NCBI GenBank assembly: GCA_045047305.1
Contig: JASFYO010000069.1
Coordinates: 1-12,565 of the forward strand
Length of the DNA: 12,565 nucleotides
Origin: Planctomycetota bacterium
Lineage (GTDB): Bacteria; Planctomycetota; UBA1135
Direction: 5' to 3'
The position numbers were made by a program, and so were the translations under genes. Positions 1-7,075 of the stretch are shown here, one piece after another. The notes under the pieces were generated by a model. That model saw only the letters and a program-made list of their open reading frames with translations. It was not told the origin of the DNA and searched no databases. How positions within the stretch are numbered: position 1 is the stretch's first letter; each line of letters opens with the position of its first letter.

Positions 1-234
1 GCCAGCGATGGCCAGCAACCCGAATAGCCCGCCTCCAAACAAGATAAGTCCAGGCCATGTTCCAAAGTAATCTAACCAACACTCCCAGCGTGAACCACCC
101 AGAGCCTGGCAATCATCCACCACCCATAACTCAAAGTGCACAAACCCTATTTCCGGTAAAAAAGCGAACATGGCCAACGGGGTCAGCACCCACCAAGGCA
201 CATCGAAATCCTCATCATCTTCTTCTTCCTTCAT
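1..234 (-). CDS. Hypothetical membrane protein, N-terminal part; runs off the left edge of the window
   Basis: Manual translation from ATG at 234 has no stop down to base 1: MKEEEDDEDFDVPWWVLTPLAMFAFLPEIGFVHFELWVVDDCQALGGSRWECWLDYFGTWPGLILFGGGLFGLLAIAG. Acidic N-terminus, two hydrophobic stretches flanking a loop with two Cys. Purine-rich GAGTGGGGTG upstream. Co-oriented downstream of mscS. Confidence 0.65.
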   Translation of the reverse strand, partial: MKEEEDDEDFDVPWWVLTPLAMFAFLPEIGFVHFELWVVDDCQALGGSRWECWLDYFGTWPGLILFGGGLFGLLAIAG

Positions 235-315
235 TCATTCACCCCACTCACCGGATTTGAAGGGTTCTTCTTTTCCGCAATTGGAGGCGGCTTGCCTGTC
301 CCTGGAATAGAAAAA

Positions 316-1512
316 CTAGGAACTCTTGAACCCCGCAGGCAACTCCTTAATATAAATATCCTGCTTCGCAAACGGGATCTCGATGTTCGCAGCGTTGAAG
401 CGGATATAAATTGCACGATGCAGTAGGTGCTTCACATTTCCACGAAGTTCCGGATCTGGAATCCAAACTAGAAGCTCAAAATCAAGGCTGGAACCGCCAA
501 ATGCGCGCATTCGTACCCGCGGCTCGGGGCTGGCGCAGACCAATTTCGGGTCGACATCTTCAACCGCGGACAAAAGGACTTCGATGACGTGGTCGACATC
601 GGAACCGTAGGCTGCACCGACCGGAACTCGAATGCGCTCCTTTTTATGCGGGCCACTGGATTCGTTGACAATCTTGGCGCCACCCATGACGGCGTTGGGA
701 ACCGTGACTTCGATGTCGTCGCGGGTGACTACGCGAGTGCTGCGTAAGCCGATAAAAGTGACTTTACCGCGCTCTCCAGAGTCTAGGCAAATGTAATCGC
801 CTACTCGGTAGGGGCGGTCGGCCAGAATGAACACTCCAGCAAATAAGTTGGACAAGGTGTCTTGCGCTGCAAAGCCGACGGCCAAACCAACCACTCCAGC
901 AGAAGCGAGCCAACCGGTGGCATCGAAATTCCAAATGCCAATAGCTAAGTAAACCATTAGCCCGAACAACAAGACCTTCGCCAAATTGTTAAACAGTGGG
1001 AAGGTGGAGCCTTGCACCGCCGCAAATCGATTCGAATTGTGCGAAGCGGCGCGCAACAGAATGCCAGAGAGTCTGAAAATGAAAATCGCCCACACGAATA
1101 AACCAATGGTGAGCAGGGCGCGATTGGTAAAGGTGCCAATCGATTCTTCGAATCCGAGCAAGCGCGATGCAACCGCAAGCCCAACCAGGATCACCGTGTT
1201 TACCACAGGCGCATGCAAGGCCTCGAGGATGAGGTCGTCGGACTTGGTGCGCGTCTTGCGGGTCAGGGTCCGGAAAACTCCGGTGCATAGCCAGTCAAAG
1301 ATTTTGGATAGCACCAAAGCTGTTCCAATCACAATGCCTGCTTGCGCCCAAACGTTCTCCGTAAGTGGGCTCAGGAAATTGCCAAGGACTTCAGTAAGGA
1401 AACCGATTTCCTCATCGCCTGTAGCGGCCTTGGGACTCACCTGCAGCAATTCCATTCCATCTCCCACAGGCCCCTGGGAGAAAAACATCAGCAAAGAGTA
1501 GAGGGGGTTCAT
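316..1512 (-). CDS. mscS: Small-conductance mechanosensitive channel, MscS family, with extra N-terminal TM helices
   Basis: TM3-like GLAVGFAAQDTLSNLFAG, RPYRVGDYI, IGLRSTRV, VTVPN, and C-terminal IEIPF. Start moved from 1686 to ATG 1512 (MNPLYSLL), 8 nt after the TPR gene stop, which removes a 166-nt overlap. Confidence 0.93.
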   Translation of the reverse strand: MNPLYSLLMFFSQGPVGDGMELLQVSPKAATGDEEIGFLTEVLGNFLSPLTENVWAQAGIVIGTALVLSKIFDWLCTGVFRTLTRKTRTKSDDLILEALHAPVVNTVILVGLAVASRLLGFEESIGTFTNRALLTIGLFVWAIFIFRLSGILLRAASHNSNRFAAVQGSTFPLFNNLAKVLLFGLMVYLAIGIWNFDATGWLASAGVVGLAVGFAAQDTLSNLFAGVFILADRPYRVGDYICLDSGERGKVTFIGLRSTRVVTRDDIEVTVPNAVMGGAKIVNESSGPHKKERIRVPVGAAYGSDVDHVIEVLLSAVEDVDPKLVCASPEPRVRMRAFGGSSLDFELLVWIPDPELRGNVKHLLHRAIYIRFNAANIEIPFAKQDIYIKELPAGFKSS

Positions 1513-1520
1513 CGGTCGTA

Positions 1521-2609
1521 TTAGCGGAGTTCCAACAGGGCCGACTGTACGGCCTCCACATCCTTCGCGGAGAGCGGTTGACGCAAAAGGTCGAGTAAAA
1601 CTTGGCCACTTGCTTCTGGATTGGTCGAAAGCAGCTCCGCAAGTGCCAGCCCAGCCGCTACGTTCCCGGGATCCAACTCCAAACACCTACTGAAAGCCGA
1701 CTCCGCCGGGCCGCGAAGCTCAAGCAATATTTGAGTGCGCCCTAACTGCCAAAATGCGCTACTGCGCTGGGGGTCGACTTCGGTGAGTTGGGTCAACAGA
1801 CCTGCTGCGAGCTCCAAGTGCTCTAGCTTCTGAGAAGACTGAGAGGTCGCAAACGCAGCCTCTGCCATATCCGCGAGCAAATCAAAATCTTGCGGCCAGT
1901 CGTTCACCATTTGCTGATAAAGAGCAAGCGCCTCGTCATCGCGCCCAGAAAGTTGCAAAGCTTTGGCGCGCAATCGTTTCCCCTCGATGCCCAATGGTGC
2001 CGAGAGCAACCATCGATCCAGGTACTGCATCGCCTCGCTTCCGCGACCAGCGCCAACCGCGGTGCGCGCGCATGCAATCAACATGGAGAGGTCGTTTATG
2101 TCGGCCAGAGTCAATAAATCCCGATACAGAGCAAGTGCTTCGGCCGGTTTCTCTTGCGCTTCGAAAATCACCGCCATGGCGTAACCAAGCGCTGGGGTGG
2201 CTCCAAATGTGGCGATGCCTTCCCGTGCGACCGCCGAGGCAGCATTCACTTCGCCGGTTTCGAGTAGAGCCCATGCATGCAATGCAGTGACCTCAGAATC
2301 AAAAGACCCCGCGCTCCGCACTTGCTGCAATTGCACTGAGGCGCGTTCAGCTTCACCCTGAGCGAGAAAACGTACCGCCTCAACTAGCCCACGCGAAGAT
2401 GCAAGGTCGCGCTCGCTTGGGTGAATCCAAATGGGAAGGTGCGAGAGGTTTTCTGCCGGCGCTGCAGAACTTGCCGACTTCTCTTTCTGGGAATGCCTAA
2501 CGCTTACGCTGCGACCACCTGCGGAAACAGGACCACGCTCCCCAAAAAGGGCACTGCAGGAACCCAATAAGGCAAGACTTGCCACAAGACTAAGGCGAAC
2601 GCATTTCAT
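1521..2609 (-). CDS. Tetratricopeptide-repeat (TPR) lipoprotein
   Basis: Signal peptide with lipobox-like LGS-C (Cys18). Multiple TPR-like units such as AFWQLGRTQILLELRGPAESAFSRCLELDPGN and EALALYQQMVNDWPQD. Confidence 0.85.
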   Translation of the reverse strand: MKCVRLSLVASLALLGSCSALFGERGPVSAGGRSVSVRHSQKEKSASSAAPAENLSHLPIWIHPSERDLASSRGLVEAVRFLAQGEAERASVQLQQVRSAGSFDSEVTALHAWALLETGEVNAASAVAREGIATFGATPALGYAMAVIFEAQEKPAEALALYRDLLTLADINDLSMLIACARTAVGAGRGSEAMQYLDRWLLSAPLGIEGKRLRAKALQLSGRDDEALALYQQMVNDWPQDFDLLADMAEAAFATSQSSQKLEHLELAAGLLTQLTEVDPQRSSAFWQLGRTQILLELRGPAESAFSRCLELDPGNVAAGLALAELLSTNPEASGQVLLDLLRQPLSAKDVEAVQSALLELR

Positions 2610-2651
2610 TTGTCACCATTCTATCGCTACAATCAACGCGGCCCCATTCCC
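2610..2651. promoter_or_regulatory. Compact divergent promoter region with back-to-back sigma70-type -10 hexamers
   Basis: TAGAAT on the - strand (2618-2623), 8 nt before the TPR ATG. TACAAT on the + strand (2628-2633), 18 nt before the HAD ATG. Only 42 bp separate the divergent starts. Confidence 0.55.
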
Positions 2652-3377
2652 ATGTTGCGTACCGACATCAAAGCCGTTTTCCTCGACGCTGGAAGTACTC
2701 TCTTCCAACACCGTCAGAGCCGTCCCGAGACTTACCTCGCTGTTGCTAAAAAGCATGGCTTGAAGGATCTCGAATTCGACATCATGAAAGCCTCAATGGA
2801 GCATGCCTTCAGCGACTTACCGGATACTGTCGACGGCAACTTCCGCTACAGTCTTGCATGGTTCTGGGCTTTTAATCAACGCGTGCTCACGGAGTGCGGC
2901 ATGGCGGAGAACCGGCTTGAAAAGGCGCATAAAGCCCTTTTGGCTAAATTTGCCGACTCCGCCAACTACGAGCTCTTCCCCGAAGTGAAGGAAGTTCTCG
3001 AAACTCTGTCGAACCACGGCATGCAGATGGGCGTTGTATCCAACTGGACTGAGCACCTGCCCAGTTTGCTGCAGGATCTTGGCATTGCCAAGCACTTCTC
3101 TTTCATTGTGACTAGCGCCGATCTCCGCACCGAGAAGCCGGGCCGCGCCATTTTTGAACGCGCCTTGTTTCGCGCTGGAGTGGCTGCGGAAGAAACCGTA
3201 CACACCGGTGACCACTTCGAGCGCGACGTGCGCGGCGCGCTGAATGCCGGCATGCGCGCAGTTTGGCTCGATCGTTCCGGAGAAAGTGGTCATGACTGCG
3301 AAGGCGTTCCCGTCATCGCAGATTTGGGTGGCCTCATCCGGCTACTCGAAGCCCAACCGAATGTCGTCCGCACCTGA
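2652..3377 (+). CDS. HAD-superfamily hydrolase, subfamily IA (REG-2/HDHD3-like)
   Basis: Motif I FLDAGSTL, motif II VVSN, motif III EKP, motif IV HTGDHFERDVRGA. Start reassigned to ATG 2652 (MLRTDIKAVFLD). Confidence 0.92.
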   Translation: MLRTDIKAVFLDAGSTLFQHRQSRPETYLAVAKKHGLKDLEFDIMKASMEHAFSDLPDTVDGNFRYSLAWFWAFNQRVLTECGMAENRLEKAHKALLAKFADSANYELFPEVKEVLETLSNHGMQMGVVSNWTEHLPSLLQDLGIAKHFSFIVTSADLRTEKPGRAIFERALFRAGVAAEETVHTGDHFERDVRGALNAGMRAVWLDRSGESGHDCEGVPVIADLGGLIRLLEAQPNVVRT

Positions 3378-4326
3378 TTCCGCACTCGAGACGCTCCGTC
3401 TGCGCCTCGAACAACAGCACCTCGGCGATCCTCAACTCATCGAGCTGCTGCTTGCGGCACTACTTGGCCAAGGCCACGTCCTGCTTGAAGGCGCTCCTGG
3501 ATTAGGCAAGACCCGGCTTCTGCGCGGCCTCGCTGCTGCGGTGCAGCTAGATTTCCAACGCGTACAGGGCACGCCCGACCTCATGCCCGGCGACCTTACC
3601 GGTGGAGACATTCTTGATCAGATTGATGGCATCGGCAGCTTTCGCTTTGAGCGTGGTCCCCTGTTTACCCAGATTTGTCTGTTCGACGAGATCAATCGCG
3701 CCACTCCGCGCACCCAAGCCGCCTTACTTGAGGCCATGGCAGAAGGACAGATCACCGTCGGCGGCGTCAGTCATCTGCTTGCGAAACCATTTTTGGTGGC
3801 TGCAACGCAAAACCCTATCGAGCTAGAAGGCACCTACCCCCTTCCAGAAGCTCAACTCGATCGCTTTCTGTTCCAGCTGTTGGTGAAGAGCCCAAGTGCA
3901 GAAACCTTGGTCGCAATCTTCCGCATGGACGAAAGCTCCAGCGCAGACCATGTTTCTGCCGTCTTGGATGGTCCACAACTGCTCGCACTCCAAGCCAATG
4001 CGGCAGCCCTGCCAGTAGCCGACACTTTCCTGCATCAGCTCGCCGCGATTCTACGCGCGACCGATCCTAAGGATGAAAGTGCGCCTCAAATCGTGCGTGA
4101 ATCCGTCGCCTGGGGCGCAAGTCCGCGTGGTGGATTAGCCACCCTCGCCGGCGCACGTGGTTTAGCACTGCTTCGCGGCCGCGCCCACGTAGCTCCCGAA
4201 GATTTGCGTGATGCACTCTTCCCAGCACTGCGGCATCGCGTACTCTTGCGCTATGAAGCGCAGGCCTCCGGGGTGACCGGAGATACGGTTCTCGAAGCCG
4301 TCTTGCAGCAACACCCCTTGCAATAA
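3361..4326 (+). CDS. moxR: MoxR-family AAA+ ATPase
   Basis: GHVLLEGAPGLGKT (Walker A), TPDLMPGDLTG, LFDEINRA (Walker B), ATQNPIELEGTYPLPEAQLDRF, WGASPRG, LRHR. Start reassigned to ATG 3361, which overlaps the HAD gene by 17 nt. Confidence 0.95.
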   Translation: MSSAPDSALETLRLRLEQQHLGDPQLIELLLAALLGQGHVLLEGAPGLGKTRLLRGLAAAVQLDFQRVQGTPDLMPGDLTGGDILDQIDGIGSFRFERGPLFTQICLFDEINRATPRTQAALLEAMAEGQITVGGVSHLLAKPFLVAATQNPIELEGTYPLPEAQLDRFLFQLLVKSPSAETLVAIFRMDESSSADHVSAVLDGPQLLALQANAAALPVADTFLHQLAAILRATDPKDESAPQIVRESVAWGASPRGGLATLAGARGLALLRGRAHVAPEDLRDALFPALRHRVLLRYEAQASGVTGDTVLEAVLQQHPLQ

Positions 4327-4328
4327 CC

Positions 4329-5207
4329 ATGGACTGTCGCGTTGCCCTTTGCCAGATGCGCCCCAAGTTGGGCGTCATCGATGACAACCTCAAGGCCCAT
4401 CATGCGTGGTTGGACCGCGCGATTAAGGATGGCGCCCAACTCGCCGTATTCCCGGAGCTCTCGCTTACCGGCTATTTCCTTCGTGACCTCACGCAGGACA
4501 TCGCCATGCAGATTTCTGATCCACGAGTGCAGGAATTAGTGCAACGATCCACCGAGTGCAGCATCGTGTTCGGTTTCGTCGAGGAAAGCCGCGACCATCG
4601 TTTCTACAACACTGCGGTGTTTGCGGAAGACGGCAAGGTTCTGCAAGTGCATCGCAAAGTGCACTTACCGGACTACGGTATTTTTGAAGAAGGGCGTTAC
4701 TTTGCCGCGGGCGACGCCTTCTCTCCAGTTGAATCCAAGCACGGACGTTTTGGTTTGTTGATTTGTGAAGATGCATGGCATCTATCCGCCGGCTGGATGC
4801 ACTTCCTGCAAGGTGTCGATGCTTTGATTATGCCGGTCGCATCGCCTGCACGCGGAATTGATACCGAGGAGCCGGAACTGAGTTCGCACCAAGCATGGCG
4901 CACTTTATCTGCGGCACAGGCTTTGTTTTTCCAGACTTGGGTGTTGCGCTGCAATCGCGTTGGGTTTGAAGATGGAACCATGTTCTGGGGCGGTTCGAGC
5001 GTGGTGAATCCGGTCGGAGCTCAGGTTGCAGAAGCCGATGCAGAGGAAGAAGCCCTGCTTCTGCATAACATCAATAGCGATGCCTTAAAACGTGCGCGCA
5101 TGGCGACTCCCTTGCTGCGCGATGCGCGCCCGGAGTTAGTTCGCACCCATCTAGCTCGCTTGCTGCATGATCCGGATGCGCTTGCCATCGAACGCAAGGA
5201 GTCATGA
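4329..5207 (+). CDS. Nitrilase/carbon-nitrogen hydrolase; probable glutaminase subunit of a two-subunit glutamine-dependent NAD synthetase
   Basis: Catalytic triad E43 (FPELSLTGY), K110 (HRKVHLPDYGIFEEGRYF) and C146 (ICEDAW). The LPxYxxFxExRYF and CEDxW strings match NadE glutaminase domains. ATGA overlap with nadE. Confidence 0.88.
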   Translation: MDCRVALCQMRPKLGVIDDNLKAHHAWLDRAIKDGAQLAVFPELSLTGYFLRDLTQDIAMQISDPRVQELVQRSTECSIVFGFVEESRDHRFYNTAVFAEDGKVLQVHRKVHLPDYGIFEEGRYFAAGDAFSPVESKHGRFGLLICEDAWHLSAGWMHFLQGVDALIMPVASPARGIDTEEPELSSHQAWRTLSAAQALFFQTWVLRCNRVGFEDGTMFWGGSSVVNPVGAQVAEADAEEEALLLHNINSDALKRARMATPLLRDARPELVRTHLARLLHDPDALAIERKES

Positions 5208-6058
5208 GTACCCTTCCGCCACCACCAGGCTGCAATGTGAAATTAACAGAGCGCGTGTTGGTAGGGTTTCTGCGCGAAGAAACACATCGCGTGGGCATGA
5301 CCAAGGCTGTACTTGGATTAAGCGGTGGTATCGATAGTGGATTAGTGGTGGAGTTAGCTGCACGAGCCTTGGGCGCAGAAAATATTTTGGCCGTCGCGAT
5401 GCCCTACCGCGAAAGTCATCCGGATTCTCTCGCACTTGCAATCGAATCTGCAAGACATGCAGGCGTAGAGTTGGAGACGGTAGATATCTCCCCCATGGCC
5501 GACGCCTACCTCGCGCAAAACGACGATTTGAGCGACACTTCCATCAACGCCGTTCGCTTGCGCCGAGGCAATGTGTTTTCGCGTTTGCGCATGATCACGC
5601 TTTATGATCGCTCGGCAAAACTTGGTGGACTAGTAATCGGCACCTCGAACAAAACCGAGCTCATGCTTGGCTATGGCACACAACACGGCGACATGGCATC
5701 CGGCATCAATCCAATTGGTGACTTGTACAAGTCCCAAGTAGTGGCGCTCTCCCGACACCTTGGCGTGCCCCTCGGCATCATCGAGCGTCCACCAAGCGCT
5801 GACCTGTGGGACGGCCAAACCGACGAAGAGGAACTCGGCTTCACCTACGATGCCATCGATTCTCTCCTCTTCCGCATGATTGACCGACGCTACGCCCCTC
5901 ACACCCTTGAGGCTGAGGGCTTTGAGGCTACATTCGTAGAGACTATCTCAAAGCGCGTACGCCTCAATCAGTACAAGCGCCGTCCGCCCCTCATCGCAAA
6001 GGTTGCAAGCCGAACGGTGAACCTGGACTATCGCTACGCGCGCGACTGGGGCACCTAA
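5204..6058 (+). CDS. nadE: NAD+ synthetase, synthetase domain only
   Basis: PP-loop LGLSGGIDS, GNVFSRLRM, GTSNKTE, GYGTQHGD, DLYKSQV, PPSADLW, TDEEELGFTY, NQYKR. SD AAGGAG just upstream. Confidence 0.96.
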   Translation: MSTLPPPPGCNVKLTERVLVGFLREETHRVGMTKAVLGLSGGIDSGLVVELAARALGAENILAVAMPYRESHPDSLALAIESARHAGVELETVDISPMADAYLAQNDDLSDTSINAVRLRRGNVFSRLRMITLYDRSAKLGGLVIGTSNKTELMLGYGTQHGDMASGINPIGDLYKSQVVALSRHLGVPLGIIERPPSADLWDGQTDEEELGFTYDAIDSLLFRMIDRRYAPHTLEAEGFEATFVETISKRVRLNQYKRRPPLIAKVASRTVNLDYRYARDWGT

Positions 6059-6103
6059 AAAGCACTGCTTTCTTCTTATGCTGCAAGGGTGTATTGTGAA
6101 TCG

Positions 6104-6706
6104 ATGCAATCCACCGCCAGTTTTGCACTTGTCGGCGACCTCATCGGGCCGCATAAGGATTTGGTGCCAAAGATGGCTGCTTGCGTTAAGGAACTCACCG
6201 AACGCTGGCCAACGACTTGGCTGCTAGATCCAAGCCTTAGCCACAAGGACCAAAGGATTTCGGCAGCTTTGCACACACCGCGCCATGCCTTTGATTTCCT
6301 GGTCGCGCTAAACCTTGCGCTTTGGCCAGCACAATGTCGCCTTGCGATTGCTTCTGGCGCACTCGGAAAACATGAGGGCCAAGCTTTTCAACGAGCCCTT
6401 ACTTGCTTAAACCGTGCGCAAAAAGAAGGACTGCTGTTTGCAATCCACTTACCCAGCTTGCCGAAGACCTCACAAACTTTGCTGGAATCCTCGGTGCGGC
6501 TGCATGCTGACATCATGCAAGACTGGAAGCCTTCACGACAAGCGGCGTCCAGCACCATTCGCAAGGTTCGGACGCAACAAGATGCAGCTGCAAGCTTAGG
6601 GATCCGTCAGCAGTCAATCTCTGAGGCACTTCGCGCTGCGCATGCGAAGCACTTGGAATCCCTAGAGGATGCAGTGCGGCTTTATCTTTCCGAAGTTAGC
6701 GCTTAA
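6104..6706 (+). CDS. SatD-family-like protein with C-terminal helix-turn-helix
   Basis: N-terminal ALVGDLIG, central CRLAIASG and GQAFQRA, and C-terminal TQQDAAASLGIRQQSISEALRAA match the SatD architecture from recall. The usual GDE motif is absent. ATG 6104 preferred over GTG 6089. Confidence 0.72.
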   Translation: MQSTASFALVGDLIGPHKDLVPKMAACVKELTERWPTTWLLDPSLSHKDQRISAALHTPRHAFDFLVALNLALWPAQCRLAIASGALGKHEGQAFQRALTCLNRAQKEGLLFAIHLPSLPKTSQTLLESSVRLHADIMQDWKPSRQAASSTIRKVRTQQDAAASLGIRQQSISEALRAAHAKHLESLEDAVRLYLSEVSA

Positions 6707-7014
6707 CTCTCGACGGCTGCAAGCTGCGAACAAAGTGCGTCGATATCGGTACTAAGAATATCTTCGTTCGAGATCGCAGAATCCTCGCTTAATGCGGTGC
6801 GCGCTTTACGGCACACCTTTAATGTGTTCTCGACTTGCAACCGCACTCGCGCGAGACGCGCAGAGTTGGAACCAGGTGTTTCCATGTTCAGAATCACTTT
6901 GGTGCGAGCCACTTGAAGCACAGAAATAAGCGCTTCGATTTTGCTCAACATCTCTGCCCGGTAGCTTGGGTCAGAGAGTTGTTTGCTAGAGTTGGGAGGT
7001 TGTGGGTTTGTCAT
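6703..7014 (-). CDS. Small hypothetical alpha-helical (helical hairpin / coiled-coil) protein
   Basis: 103-aa ORF filling the gap between the SatD-like and HEAT genes. Two amphipathic helices (MLSKIEALISVLQVARTKV and LARVRLQVENTLKVCRKARTAL). Its stop overlaps the convergent SatD-like stop at TTAA 6703-6706. Confidence 0.72.
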   Translation of the reverse strand: MTNPQPPNSSKQLSDPSYRAEMLSKIEALISVLQVARTKVILNMETPGSNSARLARVRLQVENTLKVCRKARTALSEDSAISNEDILSTDIDALCSQLAAVES

Positions 7015-7075
7015 GCATCCGGGGGATCGGGTTCATTCGAATCCTACCCCCCAGATAGCGGCGCTGCAGCGATTC

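Noticed and set aside
986..1501. 171-aa antisense ORF and similar shadow ORFs (2817-3293, 7543-8094, 8867-9247, 6835-7143 and others)
   Set aside because: They overlap well-supported genes, show no recognisable motifs, and are expected in GC-rich coding DNA.
1513..1686. N-terminal extension of the MscS ORF in the track
   Set aside because: Overlaps the TPR gene by 166 nt and looks non-coding in composition; ATG 1512 fits better.
3244..3360. N-terminal extension of the MoxR ORF
   Set aside because: Lies within the HAD gene; ATG 3361 gives a normal-length MoxR.
6059..6077. AAAGC-ACT-GCTTT followed by CTTCTT after nadE as a terminator
   Set aside because: The stem is too short and AT-rich to call with confidence.
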